From sequence record PZ019086.1: a DNA stretch of 64,000 nt. One strand, written 5' to 3'. How positions within the stretch are numbered: the stretch's first letter is position 1; each line of letters opens with the position of its first letter. The notes below the pieces were generated by a model. It saw nothing but the letters and a program-made list of their open reading frames with translations. It made no database searches and was not told the DNA's origin. Shown in pieces: positions 53,256 to 63,064 of this stretch. Both the position numbers and the translations under genes were made by a program. The stretch is from a phage.

Positions 53256-54002
53256 TTATCCTCGGATAAGTTTAAAAATTGAACAATTTAGCGGGTATCC
53301 TCTTTTCAGTTTAAGTTTATCAATAAAAGACAAGTTTTGATACCGCTCTACACCTTGAATAATTTTATCACACATATCATATTGCATTTCTGCTTCTGAC
53401 AACTTTTTCACGGTTTTCCAATCCGAGCCTTTAAGAAGAACGTTCAATTTAACAACTTCAGCGCCTTCTGCTATACGAGAACCATCAATACGAGCTTTGA
53501 GTGCTATAATCGTTAGCTTAACGTCAGAGGTCTGTTTTGATTTAGAAAGCTGAGAAATGTGTTCAATTCGGTTTTCACGTTTTTTCTGTATAGCTTTAAT
53601 TTGATTATAAGTCTTTTTGATTTTAGCCCATTTCTTTTCATCTAAATTTAGTTTATGAACTTTTTTCGCAGATGAACGACCAATTCGTAAAGCAAATAAA
53701 TCACGCTTTTCAATCAACTCTTCTAAAGTATAATCAGAACGAAATGTATTATACTTTTTCTTTACTGCAATAACATTCCCTTTAATGTATCCAACGTTAT
53801 TATCAAAACGTTCTAATGATAATTTCTCTCCTTCAATACGATTATCAAAAGGTTCTCCCGAGTAAGCGCAAACTTTCTGATCTAAAATGTTCTTAATGTA
53901 ATTGAAGTCTAAGTTAAAATCTTTAGAACGTCTTTTAGCAGATGCCCGAGTGTTCTCTAGACGACGTGTAATTTTACGAATTTGATTTTTAGACAGTTTC
54001 AT
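53256..54002 (-). CDS. srd: Srd-like protein
   Basis: 248 aa at the T4 srd position, basic and helical-looking. Confidence 0.5.
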   Translation of the reverse strand: MKLSKNQIRKITRRLENTRASAKRRSKDFNLDFNYIKNILDQKVCAYSGEPFDNRIEGEKLSLERFDNNVGYIKGNVIAVKKKYNTFRSDYTLEELIEKRDLFALRIGRSSAKKVHKLNLDEKKWAKIKKTYNQIKAIQKKRENRIEHISQLSKSKQTSDVKLTIIALKARIDGSRIAEGAEVVKLNVLLKGSDWKTVKKLSEAEMQYDMCDKIIQGVERYQNLSFIDKLKLKRGYPLNCSIFKLIRG

Positions 54003-54031
54003 ATTTTTCTCACGGACGGGTTAACTACTTA

Positions 54032-54062
54032 TACTATAACATTTTTACTTCAGCTTGTAAAC
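54032..54062 (-). promoter_or_regulatory. early promoter upstream of srd-like gene
   Basis: GTTTAC -35 (plus gtaaac 54057-54062), 18-nt spacer, TATAGT -10. Confidence 0.45.
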
Positions 54063-54118
54063 AACTTTATGAAAAATGCTTTAAAACTTTCATGGTATAA
54101 TGAATCTAAGTCCTTCCA

Positions 54119-54721
54119 TTATAGATTAAATCCTTCAAAATCAAGAGTATAGATAGTGTATGTTGAATACTTTTTATACTCGTATCTATCCGCAATTCTA
54201 AATACACTTCCAGCTGGTATCATTACTTCTTGTTCATCTGAAACTAATTCCATATTACGATAACGATGGCTATCTGGAAACTTAAAACTTGGACTATATT
54301 CTTTACAACGTAGAGCTTTTATAGCATACTCCTGGAAATTAAATACCATAGGAGCTTTGAATTCAAAAATAACTTGTGTGTTGTATTCTAATCCAGAAGC
54401 AAAATGTATAGCTATATTTTTATCATATGAAGCTGATACTACTTTATCAAATGTAATAATATCAATTCCTTGATTTAACACCTGCTTAGTCTCAACTGGA
54501 ACACCTCTCCAAAGAGGTTTATCGTTTGGTTCCAAACGAGATTTGATTATTTCATTTAACCAAGAATGATCGTCTGGCTTATTAGTAATACAATGAATTA
54601 AAAGTTCAATTTCGGATAAATTAAATCCTTCAGAAAGTAATTCTTCACGAATAGAAGCACGCACAGATGCATCCATTGATTTGATTTTAAAATCTTTTAA
54701 TTGCATTGCTGAATATTTCAT
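54119..54721 (-). CDS. modA: ADP-ribosyltransferase ModA
   Basis: 200 aa; R ... S ... E-Q-E-V pattern consistent with R-S-ExE ADP-ribosyltransferases. Confidence 0.8.
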   Translation of the reverse strand: MKYSAMQLKDFKIKSMDASVRASIREELLSEGFNLSEIELLIHCITNKPDDHSWLNEIIKSRLEPNDKPLWRGVPVETKQVLNQGIDIITFDKVVSASYDKNIAIHFASGLEYNTQVIFEFKAPMVFNFQEYAIKALRCKEYSPSFKFPDSHRYRNMELVSDEQEVMIPAGSVFRIADRYEYKKYSTYTIYTLDFEGFNL

Positions 54722-55341
54722 TCAACTACCTCAATATCATACACTTTAAATGTTCCAAATGAATCGTGTAATTTTTCTTTTGAAATAGAAGTTATTTTAT
54801 ACTTTCCAATTGGAATCATCCATTCTTGTTCACGTACAATCATCATTAAGTTATCAGTACGTTCTGAATCTAATCCATCAGTATCTTCATATGTATACTT
54901 AAACTCAGTATTAGGAGAAGAAAGTATAATATCGCTGATATGGTCAGAATAATTAAAAGCTTTATCAGTTTTTAAGCGAAATATTATTTCAGTGGAATAT
55001 TCAACATAAGAAAAACCACATGCTGTGTGCAAACTAGTAGTAAATGAATCTACTCTGTTCGTTGAAAACACTTCTCCAACTTGTAAATCTTTAATGAGTT
55101 CTTTTGTCGATTTTGATATACCACGATATAGCTGATAAGGCGATTTAGTTAAATGCTTTTTAACGATTTTATTCAACTGCTGATGAAGAGCTTCATTCTT
55201 TTTGGCTTCCATACATTGCCAAAGAATTGACTGTTCAAAGTCCGTAAATTTTTCACAGACCTTTTTATACATATCATATTGAAAATCAACACTTTCAGCT
55301 TTTATAGATAGCTGTTCAACATCTGCAAGATTAATAATCAT
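54718..55341 (-). CDS. modB: ADP-ribosyltransferase ModB
   Basis: 207 aa; paralog of ModA with E-Q-E-W motif. Confidence 0.8.
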   Translation of the reverse strand: MIINLADVEQLSIKAESVDFQYDMYKKVCEKFTDFEQSILWQCMEAKKNEALHQQLNKIVKKHLTKSPYQLYRGISKSTKELIKDLQVGEVFSTNRVDSFTTSLHTACGFSYVEYSTEIIFRLKTDKAFNYSDHISDIILSSPNTEFKYTYEDTDGLDSERTDNLMMIVREQEWMIPIGKYKITSISKEKLHDSFGTFKVYDIEVVE

Positions 55342-55366
55342 GATAGCCTCCGTATACTTCAGAAGC

Positions 55367-55397
55367 TATCATATCATTGTTAGGAAGGAAAGTAAAC
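55367..55397 (-). promoter_or_regulatory. early promoter for modB-modA
   Basis: GTTTAC -35 (plus gtaaac 55392-55397), 18-nt spacer, TATGAT -10. Confidence 0.45.
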
Positions 55398-55408
55398 AAC
55401 TTTTTGAA

Positions 55409-55591
55409 TTATTTTGCCCAGGGAGCCCAGGGCGGAGGGTCAAGATGGTATGAAGCTAGTTCTTCTAGAAGAGCATCTGGGGCTTCAATTCCATAATTCT
55501 GTAATACTATACGGTACTCTTTCTTATAATCACTAGAATCATTCTGGATATTCGTAAAATGATTATCTTCTAACATCTCAAATAAATCCAT
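55409..55591 (-). CDS. hypothetical early protein
   Basis: 60-codon ORF. Confidence 0.35.
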   Translation of the reverse strand: MDLFEMLEDNHFTNIQNDSSDYKKEYRIVLQNYGIEAPDALLEELASYHLDPPPWAPWAK

Positions 55592-55599
55592 ATTAATTC

Positions 55600-56070
55600 C
55601 TAGCGATAAAAACCAAAATAACGATTAGCTTCAATAATCTTTCTTTCTTCTTCAGACATTCTCCAGCGTAGTCCAACATCAAAATGAGCCCAGACCATCT
55701 TAACAAATGCATTTATATCTTTAATATCTTCAATAATGAATGTTTTACTTTTAGAAGGTTGACTAGCTAATTTAACTTTATCATCTTCAAACAGGTCAAA
55801 AAGACCGTATTCATGAGCTCTTTTATAGCCTTTAATAGTTAAAGCTTCAGAAGAAGAAAACGGCGAATCAGTATTCTGCAAAATATCTTCAGTATGCTTT
55901 ATAATTAGAATAACATTTTCTGGATATTTTCTTTCTTTTATATCTTTAATTAAAATATCCGGATTTTCTGCTAAAGGAATAATTAATGAGCACTTTTTAT
56001 CAAGTGCATTTACTGATTTACCTTCTTTGGACATAAATTCTATTGAATAATGTTTTGCTACTTCAATCAT
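55600..56070 (-). CDS. hypothetical early protein
   Basis: 156-codon ORF. Confidence 0.45.
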   Translation of the reverse strand: MIEVAKHYSIEFMSKEGKSVNALDKKCSLIIPLAENPDILIKDIKERKYPENVILIIKHTEDILQNTDSPFSSSEALTIKGYKRAHEYGLFDLFEDDKVKLASQPSKSKTFIIEDIKDINAFVKMVWAHFDVGLRWRMSEEERKIIEANRYFGFYR

Positions 56071-56223
56071 GTGATTTCCTCTTGCCTACTAATGGGCCGT
56101 CAGGAATTTTGTTTTCCTGGATATATTTCTCATTTTCTTCCATCATTTTACTACCGACTTTAAGAAGCAAATCCAGTGCTTCATTTGCTTTAGCTTTAGC
56201 CTCTTCTAACGTCATATCTCTGT

Positions 56224-56427
56224 TCATGATTTATCCCCATAGATGTCTCTCATCAATTTAAGCGCTGAGCGTTCTAATTTCTTTTCTTTCTCAGCACTAA
56301 TCATTGATTTCATCCATTCTTCCGATTCGTTCTGCATTTCTTTATTTGCTTGTTCAACCCAACCATCGTCAATATACATTGAGTTTGGTCTATTGAACCA
56401 TTCAAGCATCTTCTTCAGAACTTTCAT
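56224..56427 (-). CDS. hypothetical early protein
   Basis: 67-codon ORF. Confidence 0.35.
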   Translation of the reverse strand: MKVLKKMLEWFNRPNSMYIDDGWVEQANKEMQNESEEWMKSMISAEKEKKLERSALKLMRDIYGDKS

Positions 56428-56899
56428 TTGTTTTACCTAAAACAATAGTAGGAGCATCGTCAAATTCATGAATTTTTAGCAATTTTGGATTTAAATTATT
56501 CCATACATAATAAATGAAGTATGATAAAGCATCTTCACTCGCAATTATAAATTTATTTCCTTTATCTATTTTCCAGTCATATACTGAATCGTACGAATAA
56601 AAAGATAAAGGGTTATCATTATATTGTTCTGCGCTAACATTGATGTATTCGGATTTAGTAAATGCTTCAATTGCTCTAAACGGACTATTTGGCACAGTTT
56701 CAATAATTCCGATCTTTTTAAGTTTTATTTCAGCATCTTCTGGAACTGGCATTGAAACGAAATTTTCTACGAGATACATAGGATTACGATAACCCTTATC
56801 AATAATTACAGCTACAGTAATTGGAACATCTTTAGCAAATGACATGCTATTACTGCTAATATACATTTCAAACAAAATCGCTTCCATAATTTTCCTCAA
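56402..56899 (-). CDS. hypothetical early protein
   Basis: 165-codon ORF. Confidence 0.4.
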   Translation of the reverse strand: MRKIMEAILFEMYISSNSMSFAKDVPITVAVIIDKGYRNPMYLVENFVSMPVPEDAEIKLKKIGIIETVPNSPFRAIEAFTKSEYINVSAEQYNDNPLSFYSYDSVYDWKIDKGNKFIIASEDALSYFIYYVWNNLNPKLLKIHEFDDAPTIVLGKTNESSEEDA

Positions 56900-57234
56900 T
56901 CACAAGATGTAGATGAACAACTAGAATCACAAGAACTTCCACACGAATCGCCTGCCCATACATGAACAGGAACATTAGTGTCATATGAATCAGAACTAGA
57001 CTGTGTATTCTGCGTATTAGATGATGTAGGTGTTGACCAGCGCCAAGGATTTTTATAATATTCCTGGGCTTCTTCATAAGTCATAGTAACTGCTTCTACT
57101 GTTCCATCTCCCATATAAACATATTCAACTACAGTTAAAGGAAGGTAGTCATTTGAAATAGGAACTACACCTTCTCCGGGAGTTGTAGAGAAAAAATCTG
57201 TAAAGAAACTTTTAAACCAATTAAAGATAAACAT
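56896..57234 (-). CDS. hypothetical protein with Cys/Ser-rich C-terminal tail
   Basis: 112 aa ending [18 protein letters not shown]. Confidence 0.4.
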   Translation of the reverse strand: MFIFNWFKSFFTDFFSTTPGEGVVPISNDYLPLTVVEYVYMGDGTVEAVTMTYEEAQEYYKNPWRWSTPTSSNTQNTQSSSDSYDTNVPVHVWAGDSCGSSCDSSCSSTSCD

Positions 57235-57446
57235 TACAAAAAGCCTCTTTGAAATTCGACTCTTTGAAATCCACCCCAGTCAGTGTATCGCATTTCAGCA
57301 TTGAACTCGACTGAACCATCTGCATGCATCATGAATGAATGCGTGACGACATCACAATCCCAGCTTTTCATACCCCATTTATCAGCGATAGCTTTATCAA
57401 GAACCTTCTGGAGGTCTTCATTTGGTTTAATCCAACGATTTAACAT
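57234..57446 (-). CDS. hypothetical early protein
   Basis: 70-codon ORF with promoter upstream (gtaaac 57497-57502, TATAAT -10). Confidence 0.4.
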   Translation of the reverse strand: MLNRWIKPNEDLQKVLDKAIADKWGMKSWDCDVVTHSFMMHADGSVEFNAEMRYTDWGGFQRVEFQRGFL

Positions 57447-57543
57447 AGTGTTCTCCTCTATAAGATATTTTTATTATACCACACTCATTTTGACATGTAA
57501 ACCATAAAATGAAAAAAGGAATCCCGGAGGATTCCTTAAATTA

Positions 57544-57789
57544 TTAACCACCAGTTACTTTCCACAAATCTTCATTTGCAGTAATCCATTCAGTACGTTG
57601 ATTTTCTTCATATACAGTAGTATATGCTGCTTTTTCTGAAGGGAATATCTGATAATGAGCGCCAGAAATTTTGTGAACGTCAGAATAAAGAGGGAAAGCT
57701 ACAGAAATTTCTTTTCCTTCAATTTTCTTATTTCCATCTAATTTCTGCTCAAATGTTTTAATATTAACATAACCGCGAGTACTAGCCAT
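57544..57789 (-). CDS. soc: small outer capsid protein Soc
   Basis: 81 codons; matches T4 Soc (MASTRGYVNIKTFEQKLDGNKKIEG...). Confidence 0.9.
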   Translation of the reverse strand: MASTRGYVNIKTFEQKLDGNKKIEGKEISVAFPLYSDVHKISGAHYQIFPSEKAAYTTVYEENQRTEWITANEDLWKVTGG

Positions 57790-57819
57790 GTAATTCTCCT
57801 TTTATTTAAATTACATGAC

Positions 57820-57827
57820 TATTTATA
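57820..57827 (-). promoter_or_regulatory. late promoter TATAAATA for soc
   Basis: exact TATAAATA on the minus strand 31 nt upstream of the soc ATG. Confidence 0.65.
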
Positions 57828-57861
57828 ATAAATTCTCACAGCTTTTAAGCTGTCGTTTATA

Positions 57862-58380
57862 TTAATAACCTCGGTCTTGACGTTCAAAATTATGCTTGTT
57901 CTTCAGATAATAAAGTTTAAAGATTTCTTCAGCAGTAAGACCGAGACCTTGGAACATGTTCAGAACGAAATGAAGAATATCAATCATTTCGAATTTAATT
58001 TCCAATTGGTCTTGTGGTGACAAATCAGTAATTAGAGTTTCACGACGTTCACCATGCTGTGACTTCCAAGGTTTCCATACAGCAGATGCATCTTTTTCAC
58101 CATTGCTCATACCGCCAAGAGAAGTCAGAAGTTCACGGAATTCATCATCAATGTAATCTTTCTGATTACGCAGCCAATCAACAACTTCACCTGCAGTAGC
58201 CAAATCATCAGGATGACGGTTATATTCAGGTTTATCTTTAGCTAAACGAACCTGCAGAGATTTCTGCATATCAAGCATAACCTGCAGCGGGTCTTTTTCA
58301 TCACCGAGAATATCCCAGTATTCATTTTGAGCTTTATCAGCGCCTTCGATCAGTTGTGAACATTCATTAAAGTAAGCCAT
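57862..58380 (-). CDS. 56: dCTPase / dUTPase
   Basis: trimmed to MAYFNECSQLIEGADKAQNEYWD...; 172 aa; MazG-like fold. Confidence 0.9.
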   Translation of the reverse strand: MAYFNECSQLIEGADKAQNEYWDILGDEKDPLQVMLDMQKSLQVRLAKDKPEYNRHPDDLATAGEVVDWLRNQKDYIDDEFRELLTSLGGMSNGEKDASAVWKPWKSQHGERRETLITDLSPQDQLEIKFEMIDILHFVLNMFQGLGLTAEEIFKLYYLKNKHNFERQDRGY

Positions 58381-58414
58381 TATTTTTCCTTTCAATTCAT
58401 GGGTTAGTAGATTA

Positions 58415-58440
58415 ATTATACAATAAATATATAAAGCAAT
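58415..58440 (-). promoter_or_regulatory. middle promoter for gene 56 (MotA box plus -10)
   Basis: minus strand ATTGCTTTA, 11 nt, TATAAT. Confidence 0.55.
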
Positions 58441-58453
58441 AAGGAGGATATAT

Positions 58454-58654
58454 ATGGTACAAAAATTAATGGCACTTGTAGATGCCATAAAAGGTAATAA
58501 AAGACGTATAGCTTTTACTATTTCTGCTATGGTAGGAATTTTACTTTGGAATTTTGTTTTATCGCCAGTTGCTATTGCTCATGGTGTTAGTATTCCAGTA
58601 ATTACTCTCGATACATTCGTAGATTTAGCATTTGCTTTAGTTGGGTTAATTTAA
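58454..58654 (+). CDS. small predicted membrane protein on the opposite strand
   Basis: 66 codons; AAGGAGG 6 nt upstream of ATG; two hydrophobic segments; sits in the 56-61 intergenic interval. Confidence 0.35.
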   Translation: MVQKLMALVDAIKGNKRRIAFTISAMVGILLWNFVLSPVAIAHGVSIPVITLDTFVDLAFALVGLI

Positions 58655-59679
58655 ATCTTAGCATATTTAGATAGCCGCATTTTGGCCATCAACCCTTGGG
58701 CAATATTATTTTTCATATATTCCATAATTTGTTCAGGGGTTGCACCTTCCTTTCTAATCATATCATTAACATCTTTTGATTTCCAGGGAGATTTGTCCCA
58801 AAACATAACCCTTTCTCCTGCATCAACCAATTTAGTCATTCGTTTAATAGTATCAGGGTGACGAGGTTCATTATCTAAAACCCATACACGTCTATCTTTA
58901 AATGGAACAATTTCTAGGTCTAATTGACCACCCGTAATAGCTATACCATTTTCAATAAAAAGTGAATCTATAGGTCCTTCTAGAACATATACATCACCAT
59001 CTTTGACTCGTTCAACTCCATAAATTTTTGTTGCCTCAGGATAAGCTTTGATTGTGATATATTTTTGAGGAGCATCTTTCTTTAATGCACGCCCTTGAAA
59101 AGACTCAGCTTTTCCATTAGCATTATAAATTGGAATAACAAGACGAGGCTCAGGTATTTCCTTTTTATATGTTCCTGGTGCTATACTATTAACTAATTTA
59201 GGCCATTCAGTTGTAAACCAAAGATATTTCCATTTATCCTTTGGAATACAACGGGCTTTTACATATTTTATAATTGGATGGTCTTCCGCCAGTTTATCTA
59301 ATCTAATGCATGACGGAAGAGATTTAATTATTTTCTTCTCAGGTTGTTTAGGAAGTTCTTTAGGTTTTTCTACTGGACGACTTTTACCTTTTTCTTTTCT
59401 TATTTCAAAGATATACTCACGATATAAATCAGGTTCAAACTCCTTTAAATATATTCCGATTGGTGCATGATAGTTGCAGTTATAACAATGAATATTTCCT
59501 TCATTATTATCACCATAATACCATCCACGGGCTTTATTTTGGTCGGTTTTTGAATCTCCACAAACAGGGCATCTAAACCGTAATTTAAAAGTTGAACTAT
59601 TATTTACTTGTGTGAATTTAGGTAAATGAGCCAATGCACGGTATGCAAACTCATTATCAATCCAAGGTATTGATGACAT
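58651..59679 (-). CDS. 61: DNA primase
   Basis: 342 aa; N-terminal zinc ribbon C-P-V-C ... C-Y-N-C and TOPRIM (V-L-E-G-P-I-D-S) region. Confidence 0.9.
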   Translation of the reverse strand: MSSIPWIDNEFAYRALAHLPKFTQVNNSSTFKLRFRCPVCGDSKTDQNKARGWYYGDNNEGNIHCYNCNYHAPIGIYLKEFEPDLYREYIFEIRKEKGKSRPVEKPKELPKQPEKKIIKSLPSCIRLDKLAEDHPIIKYVKARCIPKDKWKYLWFTTEWPKLVNSIAPGTYKKEIPEPRLVIPIYNANGKAESFQGRALKKDAPQKYITIKAYPEATKIYGVERVKDGDVYVLEGPIDSLFIENGIAITGGQLDLEIVPFKDRRVWVLDNEPRHPDTIKRMTKLVDAGERVMFWDKSPWKSKDVNDMIRKEGATPEQIMEYMKNNIAQGLMAKMRLSKYAKI

Positions 59680-59681
59680 TT

Positions 59682-59846
59682 TTACTCTTCTTTTTCTTTA
59701 GATTCCTCTTTTTTCTTTTTAGGAATCTGTTCAGGACCTTTATTTACTACAGCACCTGACGTTGTTCCAGTAGAGATATTTTCAGGATTACCGCCTGAAT
59801 CTCCAGCTACCATATCTTCTTTAATAAATTCTTTATATGTTTTCAT
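59682..59846 (-). CDS. small charged ORF (about 55 aa), not in track
   Basis: MKTYKEFIKEDMVAGDSGGNPENISTGTT...KKKKEESKEKEE between 61 and the 208-aa ORF. Confidence 0.35.
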   Translation of the reverse strand: MKTYKEFIKEDMVAGDSGGNPENISTGTTSGAVVNKGPEQIPKKKKEESKEKEE

Positions 59847-59847
59847 A

Positions 59848-60474
59848 TTAACCTCTATTCATAAAAGCATTAAAAATTTGGTCATCAATAGAAACATCTA
59901 CTTTAGACTGTTTTTCTGATGGTAATTCATATCCACATATTACAATTTTGTGATCAATATCAAAATACACAGAAGCAATATGATTAATGGTGTTTTCAGT
60001 AAAGTCTAAATCAACATCAATATCTTTTTGACCACAGCCCAAAGGATAAATAATGCGAGTAATTCGATTATCTTTAACAAAGATTCCACCGACATACTCT
60101 GTGCTGCGTTTAAAGTCTACGCGCCGACGAAATGAAAAATATTCAGGCTCTTTATGAGCTCTGCTCATAGGACATAACGAGTAACTAGAATAAGAGATGT
60201 CAAATCCTACGCCTTCAATATGAGCCAAATTATCATGATTAAACCAATTATAATCGTACGCCAAGTCCATTAGATTATAATATGTAAAAGGCACCGGATT
60301 AACGTCATTAGTCACAAGCATGTAATTAGCAACTGCTATAATTTCATTGTTTTTAACGAATACAAACCGTGATTGATGCGAATGACCTGGACCCGCGTTT
60401 TCACGATTAATGATATAACACTGGGCACCTTTATATTTGTATGTATCTTTGCACTTGTGCATTTGATAGAGCAT
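59848..60474 (-). CDS. hypothetical early protein
   Basis: 208-codon ORF. Confidence 0.45.
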   Translation of the reverse strand: MLYQMHKCKDTYKYKGAQCYIINRENAGPGHSHQSRFVFVKNNEIIAVANYMLVTNDVNPVPFTYYNLMDLAYDYNWFNHDNLAHIEGVGFDISYSSYSLCPMSRAHKEPEYFSFRRRVDFKRSTEYVGGIFVKDNRITRIIYPLGCGQKDIDVDLDFTENTINHIASVYFDIDHKIVICGYELPSEKQSKVDVSIDDQIFNAFMNRG

Positions 60475-60767
60475 TATTCACCTACCACTTCAGCGATGAT
60501 ATTTTTATTATTAAAGTTTTTATCGCAATACAGAACATAATTATACTGCATTACACCACCAGACTTAAGCTGTTTTTGCACTTCAGCTTTCATTTCAGGA
60601 CGATCACGCTCAACGATATTCATAATATCTGCTTCAATTTGAGTTTCAACTTCAGTCTGATCTGCAGTCATAGACCACTCACACAAATCTTTGTCATAAC
60701 CCGCCATAGCAGGCTGAGCAGCGCAAGAAGATAAAGCAAAAATTGCAGCAAAGATAAATTTTTTCAT
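60474..60767 (-). CDS. sp: Spackle-like periplasmic protein
   Basis: 97 aa with 22-residue signal peptide ending A-M-A; at the 61.3 position. Confidence 0.6.
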   Translation of the reverse strand: MKKFIFAAIFALSSCAAQPAMAGYDKDLCEWSMTADQTEVETQIEADIMNIVERDRPEMKAEVQKQLKSGGVMQYNYVLYCDKNFNNKNIIAEVVGE

Positions 60768-60794
60768 GATAATCTCCTCAGTAGTTTATGTTTA

Positions 60795-60825
60795 TATAGT
60801 ATCTCAATTTCCAACAAAAGTAAAC
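60795..60825 (-). promoter_or_regulatory. early promoter upstream of sp
   Basis: GTTTAC -35 (plus gtaaac 60820-60825) with TACTAT/TATATA -10 region. Confidence 0.45.
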
Positions 60826-61079
60826 TATTTTATTTCCTCAAGTTCGTTAATCAATAAAAGTTCTCTGACGCTAAAAACAAAGAAAAATGTGTTCCCATCA
60901 ACCAGAGCATGACCGCTAATAGAACACCCTCTGCGGAATTTAGAAACTTCACAATCTAGAACTGTAAAGGGTTTTAATCCTATGACTTTAGCTGTGCGTC
61001 TATTCAGTTCACAACCACTTGCGAATTTTTCCAAATCTTCTTCTGATTTAAACTGATATTCTCTATTAACTAGCATCAT
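60825..61079 (-). CDS. hypothetical early protein
   Basis: 84-codon ORF. Confidence 0.4.
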   Translation of the reverse strand: MMLVNREYQFKSEEDLEKFASGCELNRRTAKVIGLKPFTVLDCEVSKFRRGCSISGHALVDGNTFFFVFSVRELLLINELEEIK

Positions 61080-61097
61080 TTTCTTTTCTCCGCGATT

Positions 61098-61140
61098 AGC
61101 TGATAGAATTACTATAACACAACTCTATCAGCTTGTAAAC
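61098..61140 (-). promoter_or_regulatory. early promoter with -10 inside a perfect 10-bp inverted repeat
   Basis: GTTTAC -35 (plus gtaaac 61135-61140), TATAGT -10; arms AGCTGATAGA (61098-61107) and TCTATCAGCT (61124-61133). Confidence 0.5.
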
Positions 61141-61142
61141 TA

Positions 61143-61427
61143 CTATTTTACTAGCATCAATAACTGTTTCTCTAACTTAATAATTTTACGAAAGTATCTT
61201 TTGCATTGACGAATCTGCCGCTTCGTAGGGCGCACAGCAAACTTAATAAATTCCACTCGACCAAATGGAGGACTTTCTTCTGGTGGAATATCTAACACCA
61301 ATTCCCACGTATCTGCAACAAGTGCTTTGAATTGAGTATTTTTCCTGACATTATACGGAGTAGGTTTAAATAAAGCAATATGCATATTATCCTCGGCAAT
61401 CCACTTCACATACTTTCTTGTCATCAA
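61143..61427 (-). CDS. hypothetical early protein
   Basis: 94-codon track ORF; an internal Met (MHIALFKPT...) would give about 80 aa abutting the next gene. Confidence 0.4.
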   Translation of the reverse strand: MMTRKYVKWIAEDNMHIALFKPTPYNVRKNTQFKALVADTWELVLDIPPEESPPFGRVEFIKFAVRPTKRQIRQCKRYFRKIIKLEKQLLMLVK

Positions 61428-61569
61428 TGAAAGCTTTAACTAGCGCTTTATTAACTTCAGCATATTGAGTAGTAGCCCATTGAACGTCATCTTTCATCAT
61501 TGTGATTTCTTTAGTAAACATGCTTTCGTTCTTAAACCACCCCATAAAAACTACCTTTACCAATTCCAT
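61387..61569 (-). CDS. dmd: Dmd-like antitoxin
   Basis: 60 aa, the size of T4 Dmd, adjacent to gene 41 at the 61.5 position. Confidence 0.55.
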   Translation of the reverse strand: MELVKVVFMGWFKNESMFTKEITMMKDDVQWATTQYAEVNKALVKAFIDDKKVCEVDCRG

Positions 61570-61591
61570 AACAATCTCCTAATTTAACCAA

Positions 61592-61628
61592 CAAGACTAC
61601 TATACCATAGTCTTGTCAGCTTGTAAAC
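61592..61628 (-). promoter_or_regulatory. early promoter with -10 inside an 8-bp inverted repeat
   Basis: GTTTAC -35 (plus gtaaac 61623-61628), TATAGT -10; arms CAAGACTA/TAGTCTTG at 61592-61615. Confidence 0.5.
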
Positions 61629-63055
61629 TAAAATTTTAATTCGTTTGCTAAAGCATCTAACTGGGCTCGAGTAGATTCATTTCTTTGATAGCGATTCTGT
61701 TCAGCTTGTATCTGTTGTGAACCTGCTACTTCGTTCACTTCGGTTGGAGTAGAATCTTGCTCAATTTCTACCCATTTTTGATTTCCTTTTTGAACACCCA
61801 TCAAAAACTTATTCCATTTATTCTTATCACCATATCGTGATTTGATTTGCTTAATGAGTTGTTGTTCAGCAGCTGCTAACTCCTCGGTTTCAATGACCGC
61901 AAGCATAAAATCGGCTGTTGCTGGAAGCCCGGCAGATTCCGCAATATCGCTCATGTTAACATCAGAAGAATCCCAAGCTTGTTTACCAACCTGTGCTGCA
62001 GTCCAAAGAACAGTTTCAGTTTCAACAGCCAGAGCACGCAATTCTTCTGCGATGGCTTTAACAGTTGTGTAACTATTTTCTGAATAAACTCTGATGCGGC
62101 AAGATTTACAAATACCCAGATAGTCAACAATAATGATTGTTGGAACAAAATTCTTCTTGAGCTTTAATTCATTTAAAAGCGACCGAAATGTATTAGCGTC
62201 TGCTCCACCAGTGGGATACTGTTTAACGATTAAACGGCCGAGAGTAGATTTCTCACGCCATTTTTCCATTTTTCCTTTATACTCAGCGTAAGAAATATGC
62301 CCATCATCAATGTCATCAAGAGAAACATCGAGCATATTAGCGTCAATACGCTTAGCACAGACTTCTTCTGCCATTTCCATTGAAATGTAAAGAACATTAT
62401 GACCGAGCTGCAAATAATCTGCTGCCAATGAACACAGACCTAATGACTTGCCAACGTTAACACCAGCCATTAAAACGTTCAGTGTTCCAGTTTCAGCTCC
62501 GCCTTTAGTAATTTTATTTAGAATTTTGAGTTTAAATGGAACCTTACGAGCTTTATTCATATAAGATAGCCAACGTGCTTCGTAGTCATCCATCCAATCA
62601 TGACCAACGTAACTATCAAATGAAATTGATAATGCTTGGCGCATGATGTCAGGAATAGCACCTACATCTGGCATTTTCTTATTGCGTTTTTCCGGAGGAA
62701 GCTCAGCATTGGTTTGAATTTCAATTATTTTAGATGTGGCGTTAAACATCGCCCTTTGCTGAACATATTTTTCTGTTTCTTTTACTAACCAGCTGTGGTC
62801 TTCTGGAGAATCGGTTAGTTTCGAAATAAGTGTTTTTACACCAGAATATTCTGTTTCAGTAAATGAACTATTTTCTAACGCAACATTTAACGCATTAATA
62901 GATGGAACGCTATGGTACTCATTAACATGAGATTTAATTAATTTGAATGTATTTTTAGCTGGACCACTTTCAAAATATTCTGAATCCATATATGGCCAAA
63001 CTTTTGAAAAATAAGCTTGATCAAATATGAGATGAGAAAGAATAATTTCTACCAC
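61628..63055 (-). CDS. 41: replicative DNA helicase gp41 (DnaB-like)
   Basis: 475 aa; Walker A G-V-N-V-G-K-S; matches T4 gp41. Confidence 0.95.
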   Translation of the reverse strand: MVEIILSHLIFDQAYFSKVWPYMDSEYFESGPAKNTFKLIKSHVNEYHSVPSINALNVALENSSFTETEYSGVKTLISKLTDSPEDHSWLVKETEKYVQQRAMFNATSKIIEIQTNAELPPEKRNKKMPDVGAIPDIMRQALSISFDSYVGHDWMDDYEARWLSYMNKARKVPFKLKILNKITKGGAETGTLNVLMAGVNVGKSLGLCSLAADYLQLGHNVLYISMEMAEEVCAKRIDANMLDVSLDDIDDGHISYAEYKGKMEKWREKSTLGRLIVKQYPTGGADANTFRSLLNELKLKKNFVPTIIIVDYLGICKSCRIRVYSENSYTTVKAIAEELRALAVETETVLWTAAQVGKQAWDSSDVNMSDIAESAGLPATADFMLAVIETEELAAAEQQLIKQIKSRYGDKNKWNKFLMGVQKGNQKWVEIEQDSTPTEVNEVAGSQQIQAEQNRYQRNESTRAQLDALANELKF

Positions 63056-63064
63056 ACTTACTCC

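Noticed and set aside
57489-57494. Plus-strand TTGACA hexamer as a sigma70 -35 element
   Set aside because: It is the reverse-strand reading of the spacer of a minus-strand early promoter. No properly spaced plus-strand -10 or downstream plus-strand gene exists.
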